Shown here: piece after piece, positions 27,201 through 42,156 of the stretch | Layout: every line of letters starts with the position of its first letter | Numbering within the stretch: the stretch's first letter is position 1 | Source of the DNA: Auanema rhodensis | Taxonomy: Eukaryota; Animalia; Nematoda | Direction: 5' to 3' | Assembly (NCBI GenBank): GCA_964057225.1 | Contig: CAXKVF010000077.1 | Coordinates: 682,001-746,000 of the forward strand | DNA: 64,000 bases | Made by a program: the position numbers and the translations under genes | The notes under the pieces: model-generated | The model's input: the letters and a program-made list of their open reading frames with translations, nothing else | What the model was told of the DNA's origin: nothing | Database searches by the model: none

Positions 27201-29484
27201 ACATACCAAGTGCACATCACGTGTACATTCAATTAGCATAAATTAAAGTTCACGTAAATTTCAAATTCATATGGTTACCATGCACCAATATCAATAAAAA
27301 TTTGTTTTTAGACTAATATGGACATGGGGAATCTAATTTTGAAAACCGCATCTCTTTATCTTTCACGTGAAGCGAGTTACATACCAAGTGCACATCACGT
27401 GTACATTTAATTAGCATAAATTAAAGTTCACGTAAATTTCAAAGTCATGGTTACCATGCACCAATATCAATAAAAATTTGTTTTTGACTAATATGGACAT
27501 GGGGAATCTAATTTTGGAAACCGCATCTCTTTATCTCTCACGTGAAGCGAGTTACATACCAAGTGCACATCACGTGTACATTCAATTAGCATAAATTAAA
27601 GTTCACGTAAATTTCAAATTCATATGGTTACCATGCACCAATATCAATAAAAATTTGTTTTTAGACTAATATGGACATGGGGAATCTAATTTTGAAAACC
27701 GCATCTCTTTATCTTTCACGTGAAGCGAGTTACATACCGAATGCACATCACGTGTACATTTAATTAGCATAAATTAAAGTTCACGTAAATTTCAAAGTCA
27801 TGGTTACCATGAAGCAATATTAATAAAAATTTGTTTTTAGACTAATATGGACATGGGGAATCTAATTTTGAAAACCGCATCTCTTTATCTTTCACGTGAA
27901 GCGAGTTACATACCAAGTGCACATCACGTGTACATTTAATTAGCATAAATTAAAGTTCACGTAAATTTCAAAGTCATGGTTACCATGAACCAATATCAAT
28001 AAAAATTTGTTTTTAGACTAATATGGACATGGGGAATCTAATTTTGAAAACTGCATCTCTTTATCTTTCACGTGAAGCGAGTTACATACCAAGTGCACAT
28101 CACGTGTACATTTAATTAGCATAAATTAAAGTTCACGTAAATTTCAAAGTCATGGTTACCATGAACCAATATCAATAAAAATTTGTTTTTAGACTAATAT
28201 GGACATGGGGAATCTAATTTTGAAAACCGCATCTCTTTATCTTTCACGTGAAGCGAGTTACATACCAAGTGCACATCACGTGTACATTTAATTAGCATAA
28301 ATTAAAGTTCACGTAAATTTCAAAGTCATGGTTACCATGAAGCAATATCAATAAAAATTTGTTTTTAGACTAATATGGACATGGGGAATCTAATTTTGAA
28401 AACCGCATCTCTTTATCTTTCACGTGAAGCGAGTTACATACCAAGTGCACATCACGTGTACATTTAATTAGCATAAATTAAAGTTCACGTAAATTTCAAA
28501 GTCATGGTTACCATGCACCAATATCAATAAAAATTTGTTTTTGACTAATATGGACATGGGGAATCTAATTTTGGAAACCGCATCTCTTTATCTCTCACGT
28601 GAAGCGAGTTACATACCAAGTGCACATCACGTGTACATTCAATTAGCATAAATTAAAGTTCACGTAAATTTCAAATTCATATGGTTACCATGCACCAATA
28701 TCAATAAAAATTTGTTTTTAGACTAATATGGACATGGGGAATCTAATTTTGAAAACCGCATCTCTTTATCTTTCACGTGAAGCGAGTTACATACCGAATG
28801 CACATCACGTGTACATTTAATTAGCATAAATTAAAGTTCACGTAAATTTCAAAGTCATGGTTACCATGAAGCAATATCAATAAAAATTTGTTTTTAGACT
28901 AATATGGACATGGGGAATCTAATTTTGAAAACCGCATCTCTTTATCTTTCACGTGAAGCGAGTTACATACCAAGTGCACATCACGTGTACATTTAATTAG
29001 CATAAATTAAAGTTCACGTAAATTTCAAAGTCATGGTTACCATGAACCAATATCAATAAAAATTTGTTTTTAGACTAATATGGACATGGGGAATCTAATT
29101 TTGAAAACCGCATCTCTTTATCTTTCACGTGAAGCGAGTTACATACCAAGTGCACATCACGTGTACATTTAATTAGCATAAATTAAAGTTCACGTAAATT
29201 TCAAAGTCATGGTTACCATGCACCAATATCAATAAAAATTTGTTTTTGACTAATATGGACATGGGGAATCTAATTTTGGAAACCGCATCTCTTTATCTCT
29301 CACGTGAAGCGAGTTACATACCAAGTGCACATCACGTGTACATTCAATTAGCATAAATTAAAGTTCACGTAAATTTCAAATTCATATGGTTACCATGCAC
29401 CAATATCAATAAAAATTTGTTTTTAGACTAATATGGACATGGGGAATCTAATTTTGAAAACCGCATCTCTTTATCTTTCACGTG
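24201..29484 (+). repeat. Sub-domain containing five 353-bp (175+178) indel-bearing dimers
   Basis: Dimers at 24201-24553, 27017-27369, 27370-27722, 28427-28779 and 29132-29484. Each has a 1-bp deletion (TTTTTGACT), TTTTGGAAACC, ATTCAATTAG and a 2-bp insertion (AAATTCATATGG). Confidence 0.92.
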
Positions 29485-32400
29485 AAGCGAGTTACATACC
29501 GAATGCACATCACGTGTACATTTAATTAGCATAAATTAAAGTTCACGTAAATTTCAAAGTCATGGTTACCATGAAGCAATATCAATAAAAATTTGTTTTT
29601 AGACTAATATGGACATGGGGAATCTAATTTTGAAAACCGCATCTCTTTATCTTTCACGTGAAGCGAGTTACATACCAAGTGCACATCACGTGTACATTTA
29701 ATTAGCATAAATTAAAGTTCACGTAAATTTCAAAGTCATGGTTACCATGAACCAATATCAATAAAAATTTGTTTTTAGACTAATATGGACATGGGGAATC
29801 TAATTTTGAAAACCGCATCTCTTTATCTTTCACGTGAAGCGAGTTACATACCAAGTGCACATCACGTGTACATTTAATTAGCATAAATTAAAGTTCACGT
29901 AAATTTCAAAGTCATGGTTACCATGCACCAATATCAATAAAAATTTGTTTTTAGACTAATATGGACATGGGGAATCTAATTTTGAAAACCGCATCTCTTT
30001 ATCTTTCACGTGAAGCGAGTTACATACCAAGTGCACATCACGTGTACATTTAATTAGCATAAATTAAAGTTCACGTAAATTTCAAAGTCATGGTTACCAT
30101 GAACAAATATCAATAAAAATTTGTTTTTAGACTAATATGGACATGGGGAATCTAATTTTGAAAATTGCATCTCTTTATCTTTCACGTGAAGCGAGTTACA
30201 TACCAAGTGCACATCACGTGTACATTTAATTAGCATAAATTAAAGTTCACGTAAATTTCAAAGTCATGGTTACCATGAACCAATATCAATAAAAATTTGT
30301 TTTTAGACTAATATGGACATGGGGAGTCTAATTTTGAAAACCGCATCTCTTCATCTTTCACGTGAAGCGAGTTACATACCAAGTGCACATCACGTGTACA
30401 TTTAATTAGCATAAATTAAAGTTCACGTAAATTTCAAAGTCATGGTTACCATGCACCAATATCAATAAAAATTTGTTTTTAGACTAATATGGACATGGGG
30501 AATCTAATTTTAAAAACCGCATCTCTTTATCTTTCACGTGAAGCGAGTTACATACCAAGTGCACATCACGTGTACATTTAATTAGCATAAATTAAAGTTC
30601 ACGTAAATTTCAAAGTCATGGTTACCATGAACCAATATCAATAAAAATTTGTTTTTAGACTAATATGGACATGGGGAATCTAATTTTGAAAACCGCATCT
30701 CTTTATCTTTCACGTGAAGCGAGTTACATACCAAGTGCACATCACGTGTACATTTAATTAGCATAAATTAAAGTTCACGTAAATTTCAAAGTCATGGTTA
30801 CCATGAACCAATATCAATGAAAATTTGTTTTTAGACTAATATGGACATGGGGAATCTAATTTTGAAAACCGCATCTCTTTATCTTTCACGTGAAGCGAGT
30901 TACATACCAAGTGCACATCACGTGTACATTTAATTAGCATAAATTAAAGTTCACGTAAAATTCAAAGTCATGGTTACCATGCACCAATATCAATAAAAAT
31001 TTGTTTTTAGACTAATATGGACATGGGGAATCTAATTTTGAAAACCGCATCTCTTTATCTTTCACGTGAAGCGAGTTACATACCAAGTGCACATCACGTG
31101 TACATTTAATTAGCATAAATTAAAGTTCACGTAAATTTCAAAGTCATGGTTACCATGAACCAATATCAATAAAAATTTGTTTTTAGACTAATATGGACAT
31201 GGGGAATCTAATTTTGAAAATCGCATCTCTTTATCTTTCACGTGAAGCGAGTTACATACCAAGTGCACATCACGTGTACATTTAATTAGCATAAATTAAA
31301 GTTCACGTAAATTTCAAAGTCATGGTTACCATGCACCAATATCAATAAAAATTTGTTTTTAGACTAATATGGACATGGGGAATCTAATTTTGAAAACCGC
31401 ATCTCTTTATCTTTCACGTGAAGCGAGTTACATACCAAGTGTACATCAAGTGTACATTTAATTAGCATAAATTAAAGTTCACGTAAATTTCAAAGTCATG
31501 GTTACCATGCACCAATATCAATAAAAATTTGTTTTTAGACTAATATGGACATGGGGAATCTAATTTTGAAAACCACATCTCTTTATCTTTCACGTGAAGC
31601 GAGTTACATACCAAGTGTACATCACGTGTACATTTAATTAGCATAAATTAAAGTTCACGTAAATTTCAAAGTCATGGTTACCATGCACCAATATCAATAA
31701 AAATTTGTTTTTAGACTAATATGGACATGGGGAATCTAATTTTGAAAACCGCATCTCTTTATCTTTCACGTGAAGCGAGTTACATACCAAGTGCACATCA
31801 CGTGTACATTTAATTAGCATAAATTAAAGTTCACGTAAATTTCAAAGTCAAGGTTACCATGCACCAATATCAATAAAAATTTGTTTTTAGACTAATATGG
31901 ACATGGGGAATCTAATTTTGAAAACCGCATCTCTTTATCTTTCACGTGAAGCGAGTTACATACCAAGTGCACATCACGTGTACATTTAATTAGCATAAAT
32001 TAAAGTTCACGTAAATTTCAAAGTCATGGTTACCATGCACCAATATCAATAAAAATTTGTTTTTAGACTAATATGGACATGGGGAATCTAATTTTGAAAA
32101 CCGCATCTCTTTATCTTTCACGTGAAGCGAGTTACATACCAAGTGCACATCACGTGTACATTTAATTAGCATAAATTAAAGTTCACGTAAATTTCAAAGT
32201 CATGGTTACCATGAACCAATATCAATAAAAATTTGTTTTTAGACTAATATGGACATGGGGAATCTAATTTTGAAAATCGCATCTCTTTATCTTTCACGTG
32301 AAGCGAGTTACATACCAAGTGCACATCACGTGTACATTTAATTAGCATAAATTAAAGTTCACGTAAATTTCAAAGTCAAGGTTACCATGCACCAATATCA

Positions 32401-33004
32401 ATAAAAATTTGTTTTTAGACTAATATGGACATGGGGAATCTAATTTTGAAAACAGCATCTCTTTATCTTTCACGTGAAGCGAGTTACATACCAAGTGCAC
32501 ATCACGTGTACATTTAATTAGCATAAATTAAAGTTCACGTAAATTTCAAAGTCATGGTTACCATGCACCAATATCAATAAAAATTTGTTTTTAGACTAAT
32601 ATGGACATGGGGAATCTAATTTTGAAAACCGCATCTCTTTATCTTTCACGTGAAGCGAGTTACATACCAAGTGCACATCACGTGTACATTTAATTAGCAT
32701 AAATTAAAGTTCACGTAAACTTCAAAGTCATGGTTACCATGCACCAATATCAATAAAAATTTGTTTTTAGACTAATATGGACATGGGGAATCTAATTTTG
32801 AAAACCGCATCTCTTTATCTTTCACGTGAAGCGAGTTACATACCAAGTGTACATCACGTGTACATTTAATTAGCATAAATTAAAGTTCACGTAAATTTCA
32901 AAGTCAAGGTTACCATGCACCAATATCAATAAAAATTTGTTTTTAGACTAATATGGACATGGGGAATCTAATTTTGAAAACCGCATCTCTTTATCTTTCA
33001 CGTG

Positions 33005-36000
33005 AAGCGAGTTACATACCAAGTGCACATCACGTGTACATTTAATTAGCATAAATTAAAGTTCACGTAAATTTCAAAGTCATGGTTACCATGAACCAAT
33101 ATCAATAAAAATTTGTTTTTAGACTAATATGGACATGGGGAATCTAATTTTGAAAACCGCATCTCTTTATCTTTCACGTGAAGCGAGTTACATACCAAGT
33201 GCACATCACGTGTACATTTAATTAGCATAAATTAAAGTTCACGTAAATTTCAAAGTCAAGGTTACCATGCACCAATATCAATAAAAATTTGTTTTTAGAC
33301 TAATATGGACATGGGGAATCTAATTTTGAAAACCGCATCTCTTTATCTTTCACGTGAAGCGAGTTACATACCAAGTGTACATCAAGTGTACATTTAATTT
33401 GCATAAATTAAAGTTCACGTAAATTTCAAAGTCATGGTTACCATGCACCAATATCAATAAAAATTTGTTTTTAGACTAATACGGACATGGGGAATCTAAT
33501 TTTGAAAACCGCATCTCTTTATCTTTCACGTGAAGCGAGTTACATACCAAGTGCACATCACGTGTACATTTAATTAGCATAAATTAAAGTTCACGTAAAT
33601 TTCAAAGTCATGGTTACCATGCACCAATATCAATAAAAATTTGTTTTTAGACTAATATGGACATGGGGAATCTAATTTTGAAAACCGCATCTCTTTATCT
33701 TTCACGTGAAGCGAGTTACATACCAAGTGCACATCACGTGTACATTTAATTAGCATAAATTAAAGTTCACGTAAATTTCAAAGTCATGGTTACCATGAAC
33801 CAATATCAATAAAAATTTGTTTTTAGACTAATATGGACATGGGGAATCTAATTTTGAAAACCGCATCTCTTTATCTTTCACGTGAAGCGAGTTACATACC
33901 AAGTGCACATCACGTGTACATTTAATTAGCATAAATTAAAGTTCACGTAAATTTCAAAGTCATGGTTACCATGAACCAATATCAATAAAAATTTGTTTTT
34001 AGACTAATATGGACATGGGGAATCTAATTTTGAAAACCGCATCTCTTTATCTTTCACGTGAAGCGAGTTACATACCAAGTGCACATCACGTGTACATTTA
34101 ATTAGCATAAATTAAAGTTCACGTAAATTTCAAAGTCATGGTTACCATGCACCAATATCAATAAAAATTTGTTTTTAGACTAATATGGACATGGGGAATC
34201 TAATTTTGAAAACCGCATCTCTTTATCTTTCACGTGAAGCGAGTTACATACCAAGTGCACATCACGTGTACATTTAATTAGCATAAATTAAAGTTCACGT
34301 AAATTTCAAAGTCAAGGTTACCATGCACCAATATCAATAAAAATTTGTTTTTAGACTAATATGGACATGGGGAATCTAATTTTGAAAACCGCATCTCTTT
34401 ATCTTTCACGTGAAGCGAGTTACATACCAAGTGTACATCAAGTGTACATTTAATTAGCATAAATTAAAGTTCACGTAAATTTCAAAGTCATGGTTACCAT
34501 GCACCAATATCAATAAAAATTTGTTTTTAGACTAATATGGACATGGGGAATCTAATTTTGAAAACCGCATCTCTTTATCTTTCACGTGAAGCGAGTTACA
34601 TACCAAGTGCACATCACGTGTACATTTAATTAGCATAAATTAAAGTTCACGTAAATTTCAAAGTCATGGTTACCATGCACCAATATCAATAAAAATTTGT
34701 TTTTAGACTAATATGGACATGGGGAATCTAATTTTGAAAACCGCATCTCTTTATCTTTCACGTGAAGCGAGTTACATACCAAGTGCACATCACGTGTACA
34801 TTTAATTAGCATAAATTAAAGTTCACGTAAATTTCAAAGTCATGGTTACCATGCACCAATATCAATAAAAATTTGTTTTTAGACTAATATGGACATGGGG
34901 AATCTAATTTTAAAAACCGCATCTCTTTATCTTTCACGTGAAGCGAGTTACATACCAAGTGCACATCACGTGTACATTTAATTAGCATAAATTAAAGTTC
35001 ACGTAAATTTCAAAGTCATGGTTACCATGCACCAATATCAATAAAAATTTGTTTTTAGACTAATATGGACATGGGGAATCTAATTTTGAAAACCGCATCT
35101 CTTTATCTTTCACGTGAAGCGAGTTACATACCATGTGCACATCACGTGTACATTTAATTAGCATAAATTAAAGTTCACGTAAATTTCAAAGTCATGGTTA
35201 CCATGCACCAATATCAATAAAAATTTGTTTTTAGACTAATATGGACATGGGGAATCTAATTTTGAAAACCGCATCTCTTTATCTTTCACGTGAAGCGAGT
35301 TACATACCAAGTGCACATCACGTGTACATTTAATTAGCATAAATTAAAGTTCACGTAAATTTCAAAGTCATGGTTACCATGCACCAATATCAATAAAAAT
35401 TTGTTTTTAGACTAATATGGACATGGGGAATCTAATTTTGAAAACCGCATCTCTTTATCTTTCACGTGAAGCGAGTTACATACCAAGTGCACATCACGTG
35501 TACATTTAATTAGCATAAATTAAAGTTCACGTAAATTTCAAAGTCATGGTTACCATGAACCAATATCAATAAAAATTTGTTTTTAGACTAATATGGACAT
35601 GGGGAATCTAATTTTGAAAACCGCATCTCTTTATCTTTCACGTGAAGCGAGTTACATACCAAGTGCACATCACGTGTACATTTAATTAGCATAAATTAAA
35701 GTTCACGTAAATTTCAAAGTCAAGGTTACCATGCACCAATATCAATAAAAATTTGTTTTTAGACTAATATGGACATGGGGAATCTAATTTTGAAAACCGC
35801 ATCTCTTTATCTTTCACGTGAAGCGAGTTACATACCAAGTGTACATCAAGTGTACATTTAATTTGCATAAATTAAAGTTCACGTAAATTTCAAAGTCATG
35901 GTTACCATGCACCAATATCAATAAAAATTTGTTTTTAGACTAATACGGACATGGGGAATCTAATTTTGAAAACCGCATCTCTTTATCTTTCACGTGAAGC

Positions 36001-37932
36001 GAGTTACATACCAAGTGCACATCACGTGTACATTTAATTAGCATAAATTAAAGTTCACGTAAATTTCAAAGTCATGGTTACCATGCACCAATATCAATAA
36101 AAATTTGTTTTTAGACTAATATGGACATGGGGAATCTAATTTTGAAAACCGCATCTCTTTATCTTTCACGTGAAGCGAGTTACATACCAAGTGCACATCA
36201 CGTGTACATTTAATTAGCATAAATTAAAGTTCACGTAAATTTCAAAGTCATGGTTACCATGAACCAATATCAATAAAAATTTGTTTTTAGACTAATATGG
36301 ACATGGGGAATCTAATTTTGAAAACCGCATCTCTTTATCTTTCACGTGAAGCGAGTTACATACCAAGTGCACATCACGTGTACATTTAATTAGCATAAAT
36401 TAAAGTTCACGTAAATTTCAAAGTCATGGTTACCATGAACCAATATCAATAAAAATTTGTTTTTAGACTAATATGGACATGGGGAATCTAATTTTGAAAA
36501 CCGCATCTCTTTATCTTTCACGTGAAGCGAGTTACATACCAAGTGCACATCACGTGTACATTTAATTAGCATAAATTAAAGTTCACGTAAATTTCAAAGT
36601 CATGGTTACCATGCACCAATATCAATAAAAATTTGTTTTTAGACTAATATGGACATGGGGAATCTAATTTTGAAAACCGCATCTCTTTATCTTTCACGTG
36701 AAGCGAGTTACATACCAAGTGCACATCACGTGTACATTTAATTAGCATAAATTAAAGTTCACGTAAATTTCAAAGTCAAGGTTACCATGCACCAATATCA
36801 ATAAAAATTTGTTTTTAGACTAATATGGACATGGGGAATCTAATTTTGAAAACCGCATCTCTTTATCTTTCACGTGAAGCGAGTTACATACCAAGTGTAC
36901 ATCAAGTGTACATTTAATTAGCATAAATTAAAGTTCACGTAAATTTCAAAGTCATGGTTACCATGCACCAATATCAATAAAAATTTGTTTTTAGACTAAT
37001 ATGGACATGGGGAATCTAATTTTGAAAACCGCATCTCTTTATCTTTCACGTGAAGCGAGTTACATACCAAGTGCACATCACGTGTACATTTAATTAGCAT
37101 AAATTAAAGTTCACGTAAATTTCAAAGTCATGGTTACCATGCACCAATATCAATAAAAATTTGTTTTTAGACTAATATGGACATGGGGAATCTAATTTTG
37201 AAAACCGCATCTCTTTATCTTTCACGTGAAGCGAGTTACATACCAAGTGCACATCACGTGTACATTTAATTAGCATAAATTAAAGTTCACGTAAATTTCA
37301 AAGTCATGGTTACCATGCACCAATATCAATAAAAATTTGTTTTTAGACTAATATGGACATGGGGAATCTAATTTTAAAAACCGCATCTCTTTATCTTTCA
37401 CGTGAAGCGAGTTACATACCAAGTGCACATCACGTGTACATTTAATTAGCATAAATTAAAGTTCACGTAAATTTCAAAGTCATGGTTACCATGCACCAAT
37501 ATCAATAAAAATTTGTTTTTAGACTAATATGGACATGGGGAATCTAATTTTGAAAACCGCATCTCTTTATCTTTCACGTGAAGCGAGTTACATACCATGT
37601 GCACATCACGTGTACATTTAATTAGCATAAATTAAAGTTCACGTAAATTTCAAAGTCATGGTTACCATGCACCAATATCAATAAAAATTTGTTTTTAGAC
37701 TAATATGGACATGGGGAATCTAATTTTGAAAACCGCATCTCTTTATCTTTCACGTGAAGCGAGTTACATACCAAGTGCACATCACGTGTACATTTAATTA
37801 GCATAAATTAAAGTTCACGTAAATTTCAAAGTCATGGTTACCATGCACCAATATCAATAAAAATTTGTTTTTAGACTAATATGGACATGGGGAATCTAAT
37901 TTTGAAAACCGCATCTCTTTATCTTTCACGTG
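33005..37932 (+). repeat. 14-monomer (2464-bp) tandem higher-order duplication
   Basis: Rare variants pair at exactly 2464 bp: 33400/35864, 33482/35946, 34912/37376, 35134/37598. Confidence 0.92.
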
Positions 37933-38460
37933 AAGCGAGTTACATACCAAGTGCACATCACGTGTACATTTAATTAGCATAAATTAAAGTTCACGTAAAT
38001 TTCAAAGTCATGGTTACCATGAACCAATATCAATAAAAATTTGTTTTTAGACTAATATGGACATGGGGAATCTAATTTTGAAAACCGCATCTCTTTATCT
38101 TTCACGTGAAGCGAGTTACATACCAAGTGCACATCACGTGTACATTTAATTAGCATAAATTAAAGTTCACGTAAATTTCAAAGTCATGGTTACCATGCAC
38201 CAATATCAATAAAAATTTGTTTTTAGATTAATATGGACATGGGGAATCTAATTTTGAAAACCGCATCTCTTTATCTTTCAGGTGAAGCGAGTTACATACC
38301 AAATGCACATCACGTGTACATTTAATTAGCATAAATTAAAGTTCACGTAAATTTCAAAGTCATGGTTACCATGAACCAATATCAATAAAAATTTGTTTTT
38401 AGACTAATATGGACATGGGGAATCTAATTTTGAAAACCGCATCTCTTTATCTTTCACGTG

Positions 38461-41400
38461 AAGCGAGTTACATACCAAGTGCACATCACGTGTACATTTA
38501 ATTAGCATAAATTAAAGTTCACGTAAATTTCAAAGTCATGGTTACCATGAACCAATATCAATAAAAATTTGTTTTTAGACTAATATGGACATGGGGAATC
38601 TAATTTTGAAAACCGCATCTCTTTATCTTTCACGTGAAGCGAGTTACATACCAAGTGCACATCACGTGTACATTTAATTAGCATAAATTAAAGTTCACGT
38701 AAATTTCAAAGTCATGGTTGCCATGAAGCAATATCAATAAAAATTTGTTTTTAGACTAATATGGACATGGGGAATCTAATTTTGAAAACCGCATCTCTTT
38801 ATCTTTCACGTGAAGCGAGTTACATACCAAGTGCACATCACGTGTACATTTAATTAGCATAAATTAAAGTTCACGTAAATTTCAAAGTCATGGTTACCAT
38901 GCACCAATATCAATAAAAATTTGTTTTTAGACTAATATGGACATGGGGAATCTAATTTTGAAAACCGCATCTCTTTATCTTTCACGTGAAGCGAGTTACA
39001 TACCAAGTGCACATCACGTGTACATTTAATTAGCATAAATTAAAGTTCACGTAAATTTCAAAGTCATGGTTACCATGCACCAATATCAATAAAAATTTGT
39101 TTTTAGACTAATATGGACATGGGGAATCTAATTTTGAAAACCGCATCTCTTTATCTTTCACGTGAAGCGAGTTACATACCAAGTGCACATCACGTGTACA
39201 TTTAATTAGCATAAATTAAAGTTCACGTAAATTTCAAAGTCATGGTTACCATGAACCAATATCAATAAAAATTTGTTTTTAGACTAATATGGACATGGGG
39301 AATCTAATTTTGAAAACCGCATCTCTTTATCTTTCACGTGAAGCGAGTTACATACCAAGTGCACATCACGTGTACATTTAATTAGCATAAATTAAAGTTC
39401 ACGTAAATTTCAAAGTCATGGTTGCCATGAAGCAATATCAATAAAAATTTGTTTTTAGACTAATATGGACATGGGGAATCTAATTTTGAAAACCGCATCT
39501 CTTTATCTTTCACGTGAAGCGAGTTACATACCAAGTGCACATCACGTGTACATTTAATTAGCATAAATTAAAGTTCACGTAAATTTCAAAGTCATGGTTA
39601 CCATGAACCAATATCAATGAAAATTTGTTTTTAGACTAATATGGACATGGGGAATCTAATTTTGAAAACCGCATCTCTTTATCTTTCACGTGAAGCGAGT
39701 TACATACCAAGTGCACATCACGTGTACATTTAATTAGCATAAATTAAAGTTCACGTAAATTTCAAAGTCATGGTTACCATGAACCAATATCAATGAAAAT
39801 TTGTTTTTAGACTAATATGGACATGGGGAATCTAATTTTGAAAACCGCATCTCTTTATCTTTCACGTGAAGCGAGTTACATACCAAGTGCACATCACGTG
39901 TACATTTAATTAGCATAAATTAAAGTTCACGTAAAATTCAAAGTCATGGTTACCATGCACCAATATCAATAAAAATTTGTTTTTAGACTAATATGGACAT
40001 GGGGAATCTAATTTTGAAAACCGCATCTCTTTATCTTTCACGTGAAGCGAGTTACATACCAAGTGCACATCACGTGTACATTTAATTAGCATAAATTAAA
40101 GTTCACGTAAATTTCAAAGTCATGGTTACCATGAACCAATATCAATAAAAATTTGTTTTTAGACTAATATGGACATGGGGAATCTAATTTTGAAAATCGC
40201 ATCTCTTTATCTTTCACGTGAAGCGAGTTACATACCAAGTGCACATCACGTGTACATTTAATTAGCATAAATTAAAGTTCACGTAAATTTCAAAGTCATG
40301 GTTACCATGCACCAATATCAATAAAAATTTGTTTTTAGACTAATATGGACATGGGGAATCTAATTTTGAAAACCGCATCTCTTTATCTTTCACGTGAAGC
40401 GAGTTACATACCAAGTGCACATCACGTGTACATTTAATTAGCATAAATTAAAGTTCACGTAAATTTCAAAGTCATGGTTACCATGAACCAATATCAATAA
40501 AAATTTGTTTTTAGACTAATATGGACATGGGGAATCTAATTTTGAAAACCGCATCTCTTTATCTTTCACGTGAAGCGAGTTACATACCAAGTGCACATCA
40601 CGTGTACATTTAATTAGCATAAATTAAAGTTCACGTAAATTTCAAAGTCATGGTTGCCATGAAGCAATATCAATAAAAATTTGTTTTTAGACTAATATGG
40701 ACATGGGGAATCTAATTTTGAAAACCGCATCTCTTTATCTTTCACGTGAAGCGAGTTACATACCAAGTGCACATCACGTGTACATTTAATTAGCATAAAT
40801 TAAAGTTCACGTAAATTTCAAAGTCATGGTTACCATGCACCAATATCAATAAAAATTTGTTTTTAGACTAATATGGACATGGGGAATCTAATTTTGAAAA
40901 CCGCATCTCTTTATCTTTCACGTGAAGCGAGTTACATACCAAGTGCACATCACGTGTACATTTAATTAGCATAAATTAAAGTTCACGTAAATTTCAAAGT
41001 CATGGTTACCATGCACCAATATCAATAAAAATTTGTTTTTAGACTAATATGGACATGGGGAATCTAATTTTGAAAACCGCATCTCTTTATCTTTCACGTG
41101 AAGCGAGTTACATACCAAGTGCACATCACGTGTACATTTAATTAGCATAAATTAAAGTTCACGTAAATTTCAAAGTCATGGTTACCATGAACCAATATCA
41201 ATAAAAATTTGTTTTTAGACTAATATGGACATGGGGAATCTAATTTTGAAAACCGCATCTCTTTATCTTTCACGTGAAGCGAGTTACATACCAAGTGCAC
41301 ATCACGTGTACATTTAATTAGCATAAATTAAAGTTCACGTAAATTTCAAAGTCATGGTTGCCATGAAGCAATATCAATAAAAATTTGTTTTTAGACTAAT

Positions 41401-42156
41401 ATGGACATGGGGAATCTAATTTTGAAAACCGCATCTCTTTATCTTTCACGTGAAGCGAGTTACATACCAAGTGCACATCACGTGTACATTTAATTAGCAT
41501 AAATTAAAGTTCACGTAAATTTCAAAGTCATGGTTACCATGAACCAATATCAATGAAAATTTGTTTTTAGACTAATATGGACATGGGGAATCTAATTTTG
41601 AAAACCGCATCTCTTTATCTTTCACGTGAAGCGAGTTACATACCAAGTGCACATCACGTGTACATTTAATTAGCATAAATTAAAGTTCACGTAAAATTCA
41701 AAGTCATGGTTACCATGCACCAATATCAATAAAAATTTGTTTTTAGACTAATATGGACATGGGGAATCTAATTTTGAAAACCGCATCTCTTTATCTTTCA
41801 CGTGAAGCGAGTTACATACCAAGTGCACATCACGTGTACATTTAATTAGCATAAATTAAAGTTCACGTAAATTTCAAAGTCATGGTTACCATGAACCAAT
41901 ATCAATAAAAATTTGTTTTTAGACTAATATGGACATGGGGAATCTAATTTTGAAAATCGCATCTCTTTATCTTTCACGTGAAGCGAGTTACATACCAAGT
42001 GCACATCACGTGTACATTTAATTAGCATAAATTAAAGTTCACGTAAATTTCAAAGTCATGGTTACCATGCACCAATATCAATAAAAATTTGTTTTTAGAC
42101 TAATATGGACATGGGGAATCTAATTTTGAAAACCGCATCTCTTTATCTTTCACGTG
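38461..42156 (+). repeat. 10/11-monomer higher-order duplication
   Basis: Variants pair at 1760 bp (39795/41555, 39936/41696, 40197/41957). State order A,G,C,C,A,G,A is repeated, and the first copy has one extra AATGAAAA monomer. Confidence 0.8.
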
